From the NCBI GenBank assembly GCA_000004985.1, contig GG738907.1: 64,000 nucleotides of DNA, one strand, 5' to 3'. Below the pieces are notes generated by a model. It saw only the letters and a list, made by a program, of their open reading frames with translations. It did no database searches and was not told where the DNA came from. Source of the DNA: Naegleria gruberi. Its lineage: Eukaryota. Positions 22,487 through 32,522 of the stretch are shown here, one piece after another (position 1 is the first letter of the stretch; each line of letters begins with the position of its first letter). The translations under genes were made by a program, and so were the position numbers.

Positions 22487-23196
22487 CTAATAAAAGTTTT
22501 GATCGATTTGAGTTCCACAAATGTTTGTTGTTCCTTGGAATTGCTTAATGCTTGGGTGACTAAAAGATTTGAATTGTAAAAATACGAATTAAATAAAAAG
22601 AATACTTACCTCCATCCTCCAAAAGATTGGAAGTTATCAAATGATGCATTGTTATCATAGTAAGCCCACCATAATTGCAAATTGGAGAAGGCAGTAGAAC
22701 CACAAGTAATTGGTTGCCATTGAGAATGAGAAGAATAGATGTGAACTGGATAACCTGTAGCTCTACCAGCATTAACCATTCTAGAGATAAAGTTAACATT
22801 GGTTTGACAATTATTAGTCCAGTATTGAGGACCTTCAATATCGAGCCAAATTTGACCAAAGGTTGCACCATTACTCTTGATAAAGTTGACAGTATTTTGA
22901 ACTTGAGCAGCAGCATCTTCATTAATATTTGGGAAGATGTAAATATCAACATATTTAATACCAGCAGCCTTGGCACGATTGATGTCATTAGCAACATATG
23001 GATTGACACGTCCAGTTGATAATTGAGCTTGAATAATAGCAAATTCACGTCCAGATTGCTTTAAACAATTCCAAGAACTTTGAGAAACATCTCCTTGGAA
23101 ATACGACAAATCAAGACCCAATGTAGCATTGGCAACAGAGGCAGCAAATGCCATCATCAAAACCAAACCAACAATCACAGAGCAGTATCTCTTCAT
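22487..23196 (-). CDS. GH25 (Chalaropsis/Entamoeba-type) lysozyme, secreted, 2 exons (22610..23196, 22487..22559; intron 50 nt)
   Basis: Signal peptide MKRYCSVIVGLVLMMAFAASVA. GLDLSYFQGDVSQSSWNCLKQSGREFAIIQA...AKAAGIKYVDIYIF matches the GH25 N-terminus GIDVSHWQG...DFAIIKA...AGI. The ORF stop is really a gtaagt donor (tgg ag|gtaagt). The downstream exon SHPSIKQFQGTTNICGTQIDQNFY resembles the GH25 C-terminus (ISGNVDLN-F). Confidence 0.7.
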
Positions 23197-23791
23197 TTTT
23201 TTTAATTGTTAGTTGTTTGATTTGTAACATCAGATGATTGCTTTATTGCTTTTCATAAGATGATTGCAATCATGTTATCTTCCTGATGAAGATCAGCTGG
23301 CTGCCTCCAACAGACAAAAATTCAACTCATTGGACAACGATGATGATCATAAAAGTTTAATGTGGCTTGTTTTGTGTGGCGTTTAATGTCCTATCGGAAT
23401 GAATCCATTTGGTAGACAATTATTTTCGTTATAGTAATCAGGAATGATGGTTCCTTTCTCTTTACAAAGTTGCTGTTGTTAGCAAAGAAATAGGATTGTT
23501 CAATTCATTGTTTGGAAATTTCCAAGTTGTATTATTAAACGTTTTTGTTCATGTAATTAGCGCCATATTGACCGTTACATATTTTTTAAATATTCAAATT
23601 TTTTTAAAAAAACAATTTCAAACAAATAGGATGAAAAGGAATAATTGTATTATTGGCAATTTTGGCGGATGATAATAGTGCATACCCGTGATACTTTTCA
23701 GGTCCATACAACAAGTGGTGCAAAATTGGTTTAGATAGTGAATAAGTGGTAAAGTAATGGCAAAAAATTGGTGGAATTTTCAGAAAACAAA

Positions 23792-26700
23792 ATGTTCAAA
23801 GGCTCATACTACGAGAAGGTTCTTGATGAAGAGGAGAGTTTCAAACCAACAACAACACCATCATCACCATCAGAACAACATGAAGATGTAGATAGTACTT
23901 CTTCGGAGGAAAATAATATACTTCCACCAATGATATCATCTCCAATGGAAAAGAAGGAAAATATAACGGTTGATCGAATGGAAACAAAGGCTTGTTCGAA
24001 GGCTTGTTGTTCTTCATCATCATCATCGAAGGCTGGTTGCTCAGAGGAAGAAGAACAACACGAACATTCGGCAGTTAATAGTACTCACAAACATAGTAAA
24101 AGAGGAACGAAATCAAAGTTGATGTATGGAAAGAAGAAGATCAAAATTAGTCAACTGCAACATTTGACAAAACAACATGATGAACATCATCACGAAGAAG
24201 AAACGACGTCAGAAACAACAAACATTTGCGAGAAGTCAAGCTCTTCTAATTGTTGTTCTTATGGTTCTTGCTCAAAGGAAAAACAAAAAGAACCAAACAA
24301 TGCAATTGTTTCAGATTGCTGTTCTTCAGGTTCCTGTTCCAAGAAAAGCAATGTTCCAGTTGAGAAGAAATCAACATGTACTTCTGGTTGTTGCCAGTCA
24401 GTATCAACTTCCACTGAGAGCAGAACAGAATTGAAATTGGATAATTTACTTCCTAATCACAAGTCTCTGCATTTGACTGTGAGAAATTTGCATTGTGCTG
24501 ATTGTGCCAATATGGTTGAGGGAGTTTTAATTAAGAAGAATGGTATTCTGAATGCCAGAGTGAATAGTATGACAGATTCAGCTCATGTAGTATATGACGA
24601 ATTAATTATACAAGAAACATTAATTGTAAAATCAATTCAAGACCTTGGATTTCCAACTAGTGTCTCTCTATTGAAAAACATTTCAAATTCTGATCAGGAA
24701 ACTCTTACAACCATGTTCGAATTCAAACAGGAGTTACAAACACACAAAGTAGATGAATTAGTTAAGAGCATTGAAAAAGGGGATGGCATTATTCATACGG
24801 CCTATGATACATCGAGTTGTCTCCTCCAAGTGGCTTACAATCCTGATATTACAGGTACAAGAGATATTAAGAAAATGATTGAAACCATCGATTCGAGCCA
24901 TATGTTTACAATTATGAGTGGTAGTAAAGCTAACGAGATTACCGATCAGAACAATAAGAATGAAATCAAAATATGGAGGAGAAACCTTATTGTTTCCTTC
25001 ATTCTTAGTATTCCAGTCATATTTACAGCATTCATCTTTCCAATGATCAAACCAGTTGATGAATTTTTGAAGAAGGAATTCTTACAAGGCCTCAATAGTT
25101 ATATTCTTATTGGATTTATTTTCTCAACACCAATCCAATTTTATTTTGGAAGACCATTGTACATGTCAGCTTACAGAGCTCTACGATATGCAAAAAAGCC
25201 AAACATGGATACACTTGTAATGCTGTCAACTACCACTGCTTATGTTTACTCGTTAGTGAGTACAATAATTGCAATGTTTGTTGAGACTTACAAGGCCGAA
25301 GCATTCTTTGAAACTTCGGCACTCTTGTTGACATTTATCATTTTGGGAAGGTAGGTTTTCTTACTTGTTATTAATTTTATTTATAATTACTATTAAGGTT
25401 TTTGGAAATACTTGCCAAAGGACAAACTTCGAGCATACTTACTTCCATTTTGAAACTCAGATGCACCAAAGCTTTTTTGATATTCAGAGGAAACTATGAA
25501 AGAATAACATGTCAAACCGAACTTGTAAATAATTCACATGCTGTAGAGGAAGAGGAGATTGATACTGATCTTGTTCAAAGAGGCGACATTTTAAAATGCC
25601 TTCCAGGTTCAAAAATTCCAACTGATGGAGTAGTGTTTTATGGCACTACATCGATTGATGAATCAATGATTAGGTAAGTTTTGAACCATAATTTAATTTG
25701 ACATTATTCAACCATAATAGTGGTGAATCTATTCCAGTTAACAAGGATGTTGGAGATTTTGTTTATGGCAGTACAATCAATCAATTTGGAACAATCTATA
25801 TCCGTGTAACAAAAACTAGTTCTGAAAATACTCTTTCTTCAATTGACAAATTAATTCACGAATCTCAAAATGCTAAAGTACCCATTCAAAGAATTGCTGA
25901 TAATGTTAGTGCAGTGTTTGTACCTGTAATTATTGGTATTTCCTTATTGGCTTTTATTATTTGGATCAGTTTGTGTTATGCTGGAGTTTTGGAAACTGAC
26001 CTGCATCCAATCACCTTTGCTTTACAGTTCTCTCTTGCAATTTTGGTAATTAGTTGTCCTTGTGCTATTAGTTTGGCAGCTCCAACAGCTGTGATGGTCG
26101 GTATCGCCAAAGGTGTTGAGTATGGTGTACTATTCAAGAATGGTGCTGTAATTGAGATGTGCCACAAGGTTAACACAGTCATATTTGACAAGACTGGTAC
26201 CTTAACCAATGGAAAACCAGTTGTTACAGACGTGTTGCTTTTTGAGGGAGATGATTTGAAGCAATTCAAAGCAATTATAGGTTCTGCAGAGTTGGGAAGT
26301 GAACACGTTATTGGAAAGGCTATTTCAACACACGTAGAAAAGGAGGGAATAGCTATAGAACAACCTGTTGATTATCAAGCAGTTCCAGGAAAAGGATTAA
26401 AATGTACAGTCTATGGAAAACAAGTGATTGCAGGTAATTGCACTTGGATGAAGGACAATTCAATTGAAATTTCAGAAACACAACAAGAACAAATTTTAAC
26501 TTTGGAGAATCAAGGAAAGACAATTGTTCACGTTGCAATCGATGGTTCTTTACATGGAATTGTTGCCCTCTCTGATACTCTCAAGGTGGAATCCAAACGA
26601 GTTATTGATGAATTGAAGAAGAAGAATGTGGAAATTTGGGTGGTTAGTGGAGACAACCAAGTCACAACTAGATATATCGCCAACCAATTAGGCATTGAGA

Positions 26701-27155
26701 ATGTAATGGCCAATGTCCTTCCAGCCTACAAGAGAGAAAAAGTGCTTGAATTGCAACAAGGTAAAACTTCCAATGGTAAAAAGAGAGTTGTTGCAATGAT
26801 TGGAGATGGTATCAATGATTCACCATCTCTAGCCCAAGCAGATGTTGGTTTTGCAATTGGATGTGGTTCAGATATTGCCTTAGAAACTGCGGATATCATT
26901 TTGGTAAAGAGTGATTTGAGAGATGTGCTTGTGGCTTTGGATTTGTCAAGGACTACTTTCAGAAGAATCAAACTCAACTTTTTATGGGCCTTCCTTTATA
27001 ATGCTGTTGGTATTCCATTATCTGCTGGAGCATTCTATCCAATCCTTGGTATTGCAATTCCACCAGCTATTGCAGGATTATCTGAGATTTTCTCTTCCAT
27101 TCCTGTAATTCTCTTCTCCTTACTTTTGAAATTCTACAAACCAAAGATTTATTAA
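23792..27155 (+). CDS. Copper-transporting P1B-type ATPase, 3 exons (23792..25350, 25398..25673, 25721..27155; two 47-nt introns)
   Basis: The N-terminus is Cys/His-rich, followed by an HMA-like domain (LTVRNLHCADCANMVEG). The CPC transport motif is ISCPCAISLAAP. Exon junctions restore ILGR|FLEILAKGQTS and DESMI|SGESIPV, the actuator (T/S)GES motif. Other motifs are DKTGTLT and GDGINDSPSLAQADVGFAIG. The first ATG is at 23792; the called ORF begins at an upstream TTG. Confidence 0.8.
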
Positions 27156-27306
27156 CAAAGAAATACAACACTTTTATTGTAAACTCACTGTCTGTTAAAG
27201 AGAATTGATCGCGCTAGGCTTAGTTGAGCTCAACTAACCTTTCTATTTTGATTGTAGTAATCTTGCGGTCCTGACATTGACTATTTGAAACGAAAAAAAC
27301 TAAACA

Positions 27307-28619
27307 ATGACCTCCACTATTTGTGAAGAAGAAACTAACCAAACGAATGTGGAGCAACAACTTTCAACTAGTAGTAGTATCAACAATACACCATTATCGG
27401 ATACTGTGGAAACAAATCAGGGTGCTAATATAGGAGAAACCAAAAAGATGGGAGAAACTAATCATGCAAACAAACGCAAGTCTCAAAATCAGCACAAAAG
27501 AGAAGAAACTCCAATAATATACAAGGTGAAAACACCGGAAATTATATTATTCAACTCTCCCAAGATGGTGCTGGAAAGGATGAAAGTAGATGGTATTCGA
27601 AAGTCCAAGCTAACGGTTGACCAAATAATAATCCTCTCCTTGTTTGCTGGTTTATTCATCGGATTGGCTTGTGCTATGGCCATATTGATTGGAGGAAACG
27701 TTCCAGACCTAGAAGAAAAAAACCCAGGTCTCCAGAAACTTCTCTCCGGTGCGTAAGTTTTTCACACTTTCATTTTCATTTCACACACGAGATTCGAATA
27801 GTGTTTTTCCTATTGGATTGATTCTTATAGCCATGACTGGTTCTGAATTGTTTACTGGTAACGTTTTGGTCTTGTTAGTTGCCTTGTTTTCAAGAAAATG
27901 GAGAGCCAAAAAGTTTCTTCTTCAGTAAGTGAAATAGTTTGAAATTAATAATTGAAATTTTCAAAGATATACACAATTTTCAAAGAATTTGTTCGTGAGC
28001 TACTTGTTCAATTGCTTGGGAGCATTTCTATTTGCCTACTTTTTCGTGTATTTACCACAACCTTGCTGCTCTGCTTATTGGATTAAATACATACAGAACA
28101 TGTCAGTTGCCAAAACGACAAAAACTTTTGGAAATTTAGTGTTATTGGCAATTATTTGTAACATGTTAGTGACTGTTTCTGTATTCTGCTGTAATGCAGC
28201 AACTACATTGGGAGGAAAATTTCTTGGCATTTGGTTTCCATTAATGACATTTGTTTGTTTAGGATTTGAACATAGCATTGCAAATGCTTTTTACATTCCT
28301 CTTGGCATGCTTGTAAGTAATTTTTCAATTAATTTATGAAAATTTATTGTAAACTCAATGTTAGTATGGAGCTAATGTAACAGGATATGATTTTCTTATT
28401 GGAAACTTACTACCTGTCACTATTGGAAATATAATTGGAGGAGCAATTATTAATGGATGTTTATTATATTATGTACATGATTTTAGAGTGAGACATCATA
28501 GAGCCATATTCAATTTTGCAGAGAAAATATGGGAAAAGATAAAGAAGAGGAAGGAAAATACAGAATCAAACACATCTTCATCTATTGAACTATCCGAAAG
28601 TAAAGAGAATATGGTCTAA
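27307..28619 (+). CDS. Formate/nitrite transporter (FNT) family channel, 4 exons (27307..27748, 27820..27913, 27967..28312, 28365..28619)
   Basis: Motifs MTGSELFTGN, LFVSYLFNCLGAFLFAYFF, GFEHSIANAF and GNLLPVTIGNIIGGA are FNT signatures. Introns of 71, 53 and 52 nt keep the frame. Exon 1 needs the donor g|gtgcgt at 27749, not the adjacent gtaagt, to stay in frame, so that boundary is less certain. Confidence 0.65.
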
Positions 28620-28831
28620 ATATTTGTACAATTTTGATTACAACAAGATTTTCAATTTTCATATGAAAGTTATTCAATAAACTTATCAATTTTGTCCACT
28701 AAATCTCTTATTTCAATTAAATCATTGAATATCTTCGAACAATCTATTGAATTCTTCAATGCCAAAATGTAAACTTCAACATTTGATCAACAATTTCAAT
28801 AAGCGATTTCGAATAACTTTTTCAAAAAAAA

Positions 28832-31273
28832 ATGTTACCTCCTCATCTCTTCAAATCTTCTGTTAATATCAAACCTGATCGTTCCAATTTTACATTGGAA
28901 AGGAATTATGATCTGATTCAGGAATCTCTGATGGAAAAACGTGAAATTTTAATTCCTGGCGAGGAAATTGAAATTGATTCACATGTTTATTGTGTTAATT
29001 TGTTTAAAGTAGCAAATTCGGGTGATGAAAATAAAGTAGTGGAAACAGTTGATGAAAAGATGAATTCGGGTGATGGAAAGGAATTGATTCGAAATAAGGA
29101 TCATTTGTTCTTGGTTGACCATTTGTTGCATCAGGAAGAGTGTAAAGAAATATTAAAGAAGGAAGAATCGTTGGGTTTCGAATCAATTACTTCTGAATAT
29201 CCGGTTGAGTATAGAAATAGCAAGAGAATTCTTTACAATGACAAGGAATTGGCTGCCAAGTTATGGAAAAGATTGAAAAAGTACATGATTGATTGTAATT
29301 TTATGAAACCTTATGGTTTAGACAGTGAAGGTTATTGGATTCCAATATCTGTAAACGAATGTATGAGATTGAGCAAGTATGAACCTGGAAATTATTTCAA
29401 ACCTCATACTGATGGTCAATTTGTGAGAAATGATGATGAGAGAAGTATTTACACATTGATCATCTATTTGAATGATGGATTTGTTGGTGGCGAAACTAAA
29501 TTCATGAGAAGAGTTGATCCTCTCGCTGAAAATGAAATGAAATTCAAGAATTTATGTGAAATTAGTCCCAAGATGGGAAGTGCATCTGTGTTTAATCATG
29601 ATTTGTATCATCAGGGATGTCTAGTAACAGAGGGTGTGAAATACATTTTAAGAACTGAAATAATGTTCAAGAGAATTGACTCAGCTGAGCAATTAGTGAC
29701 TAAACAAGATAATGATGAGATCTATAACAAAGTTATGGATCTTTTGCATGAAAGCGACCAACTGGAAAGGAAGGGGGACACTTACCAAGCAACCAAACGT
29801 TATATAAGTGCACAGGAATTATTGATCAAAAGTGGACATTCAACTTCAATGTTAATGAATCCAAAATTTCTTTCTAAAAGGAAAACTCTCAATGCTGAGA
29901 ATTATTCAATGAAGAGCTCAATTTCTCGATTACCAGATGAGATTATCTCACATATTTGCAAATTTTTGAATGACTGGGAAATTTGCAAGCTCATTCTTCC
30001 ACTCGACAGATATTTCAATGATATTGGACGAAACTCACCATTATGGGAATGGATGTATATGAAAAAATGGGGACATTCTATCACTAATTTACTGAAACAA
30101 TTTCACTCAAGAAATATTGAGGAGCTTAGAAATCTCAATTCACAAGACAATACAAGCTCACTTGAAGAAACACCAACTGAGGAGCAGGATTGGTTCCATA
30201 TTTATATCATGAAACGATATTTTGAAAAGGAGTTTGAACCAATTTGTGTGGATTTTGGTCCTGATATGTATTCCTTTACATATTTTGCAACCATTAATGG
30301 AGATATCGAAAGAGTTGTAACTAGACCCATAAAAGGGGCCACCAGACAGTAAGTAGAATATTTGTGAAACTTTCCAAGATCTTTTTGAAAATAGTGCAAC
30401 CATCACTAAATTTTGCAGTTATATCTTACCAGATTATCATAATCAAAACTCTCGATCTCTGGCTGGAGCAGTTAAAATTCATGATTTAAATAATGGTGGC
30501 TATTCGAAATATGTTCAACCATTCGTCAACTTGCTTTACAAAAAATTGAACAAGAGTTGTCAAAGGAATCCGATTATTATCAGTTGTGGATCGAGTGAAT
30601 TTATGAATTTCAATTCTTGGAAAGAAGTATTATTGGATTACATGGTAAGTATTTCACATTAGTTCATCAAATATATTCTGAAATCGTCTAGTTCAAGATT
30701 AAGATCCCAGCTGTTTGCGTGCTCCCAAGATGTTATCTATTAGCAATTTACTTTAATCTACCAACATGTCTAGTTATTGATGTTTTAAGTAATGCAGTTT
30801 ATGTACATGCCATCATTCAAAATGACAAGGATCAAATTAGAACTGTCTATAAACCCATCACATCTAACAGGAACGTGTATCCTATAAGGCCAGCAGAGGA
30901 TAAAAACTCATTCGAGGGGCCAATAATTAATGCCATTGACACCCTCTTGGATCAATTTTCAGATAATGCCAATCTGAAATCTCATTTAATGGAAAATATT
31001 ATACTTTCTGGAATTATTGTTGAAAATTCTTACGAATTTAATTTCAGAAATCTTGGTGAAGAACCAAAATCAAAAAGAAAAGATTTGGAACGTAACGATA
31101 TTCTCGAGGTATTCAACTCTCCAAATTCCAAATATCAAGTCAAATATCAAGCTAGTGGCGAAGAGGCCATTAAGGGAGCTCAACAATTTTCTAAAATTCC
31201 AAACTTTAAGGATTATTGCACTTATTGGTTCGATTGTGAGAAGTTTGTCAAGCAATTCGATGCATTTGAGTAA
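28832..31273 (+). CDS. Fusion-architecture protein: prolyl 4-hydroxylase-like 2OG-Fe(II) dioxygenase + F-box + compact actin-related (Arp-like) domain; 3 exons (28832..30348, 30419..30644, 30692..31273)
   Basis: The P4Hc motifs are YFKPHTDGQ (H-x-D), YTLIIYLNDGFVGGETKF, the second His in NHDLYHQG and the Lys in VKYILRT. The F-box is LPDEIISHICKFLNDWEICKLILPL...WEWMYMKKW. Then, in the same ORF, ICVDFGPDMYSFTYFATINGDIERVVTRPIKGATRQ resembles the actin N-terminus [33 protein letters not shown]. The joined exons give PIIISCGSSEFMNFNSWKEVLLDYM|FKIKIPAVCVLPRCYLLAIY, resembling [66 protein letters not shown] resembles [32 protein letters not shown] resembles NTVLSGGTTMYPG. The introns are 70 and 47 nt. 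Confidence 0.55.
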
Positions 31274-31297
31274 ATGATGAATTCATTAGTAAGGTAT

Positions 31298-32248
31298 TTA
31301 CACTTTATCGTCATGCTGCTGCTGCTGTGGTTGTGGAGGTGCTTGTGGTGAGGGAATATATATTGTGGTTGGTGCCTCATTATCACATGTTGATTTTCTA
31401 TAATTCATTGAGTATTGAATGGATTCGTTTGATTCGAATTGTTGATTGGAAATATTTGGATTGACCATTCCATGATTATTCGTCATTGCTAATTCAGATT
31501 CGTTGTGATTGTAATATTGTAAACTTGCATCTGATGTGTTGTTGGTACCAGCAACAATATTACTTTGAAAATTATTGTAATAGATGGGCTGTTGTTGATT
31601 AGGTGGAATGACAGTTGCATTATTTGGAGGATATTGATAATAATTCATCATCATTGGATTCGGTTGACTAAAATAATAACGGTTTACAAAACCTGTATTT
31701 TCAATAATCATAGGATGTTGCTGCACTGTTTCGCCTGTTTCTAATTGCATCACAGAAACATTTGCCAAACCAATTTCACTTCCAGTATTCATTGCAGCCA
31801 TCTTTCTTCTCTGAATAATCATTCGAATAGACAATAGAATAAACAAAACACCCATCACCAACAAAATACCAGCTGATGCACCCAGAGGAATCATAATCGA
31901 ATCATAAACTGGACAATTATCTTGTTTCGGTTGCTTTACACAAGTTGCCATCAAGACTCCCAACACCAAACATGCAATCAACTCTGCAATTGCAATCAAA
32001 CTGAAAACTCCACCCAAAATCAGAAGTGTTTTTGGATTATTTCTAGAACTGCCACCTGAAACTCGTAGAACTCCACCACTTGGCCTTCCAGTTGTGGTAT
32101 GGAGATTAGTTCTGTGGTTTCGTCTTGAGAATGCACTTCTTGAGGGAGTGTGGTGATGAGTTCTGTGTCCAACACCACCTGTCCTTCTGGCTCCGTGTGA
32201 TCTATTGCCTCCACTTCTGCCACTTCTGCCACTTCTTCCTTTGGCCAT
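31298..32248 (-). CDS. Hypothetical membrane protein with Arg/Gly/His-rich N-terminus and two TM helices
   Basis: A 316-aa ORF opening with ATG (aaaaaaATGgcc). The N-terminus is MAKGRSGRSGRSGGNRSHGARR...HRTHHHTP. Two hydrophobic helices follow (LLILGGVFSLIAIAELIACLVLGVLMA and GASAGILLVMGVLFILLSI), then a N/Q/Y/P-rich C-terminus. Confidence 0.4.
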   Translation of the reverse strand: MAKGRSGRSGRSGGNRSHGARRTGGVGHRTHHHTPSRSAFSRRNHRTNLHTTTGRPSGGVLRVSGGSSRNNPKTLLILGGVFSLIAIAELIACLVLGVLMATCVKQPKQDNCPVYDSIMIPLGASAGILLVMGVLFILLSIRMIIQRRKMAAMNTGSEIGLANVSVMQLETGETVQQHPMIIENTGFVNRYYFSQPNPMMMNYYQYPPNNATVIPPNQQQPIYYNNFQSNIVAGTNNTSDASLQYYNHNESELAMTNNHGMVNPNISNQQFESNESIQYSMNYRKSTCDNEAPTTIYIPSPQAPPQPQQQQHDDKV

Positions 32249-32522
32249 TTTTTTGATTTTGATTTTGACACAAAATATCTATTTTTCAAATGTCAACACT
32301 TTGATTACATGAGTTCTACTTGAACTTATGTTGTTTTTAGAGAAGTTTTTAATATTAAGACAACATATTAGATTCTGTGTTTGAGGACATGGTTGTTGGT
32401 TATTATTGTTCGAGCCAGAGCTCGAAGTCAAAAAGTTTGTTTTTCAGAACAAAAAAAAACTTGGAAAGAAGTATTGCAAATTTTCTCTTTGGATTTTCTA
32501 AACGGTTGTTTCAAAACTTAGA

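Noticed and set aside
22560-23048. ORFs 22560..23048 (minus, 162 aa) and 22675..23019 (plus, 114 aa) overlapping the lysozyme gene
   Set aside because: They are alternate-frame or antisense reads of the GH25 coding sequence with no motif content of their own.
25976-27108. Five short ORFs (61-97 aa; 25976..26269, 26353..26538, 26528..26713, 26726..26977 on the minus strand and 26923..27108 on the plus strand) inside the P-type ATPase exon 3
   Set aside because: They are antisense or alternate-frame to an exon carrying unmistakable DKTGTLT/GDGINDSP motifs.
27751-27756. Canonical gtaagt donor at 27753 as the end of FNT exon 1
   Set aside because: Using it (exon 1 ending at 27752, phase 2) puts exon 2 out of frame, and exon 2 then hits a stop within five codons. 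The adjacent donor g|gtgcgt at 27749 (exon 1 ending at 27748, phase 1) gives the conserved ...LLSG A MTGSELFTGN. The call is kept at lower confidence.
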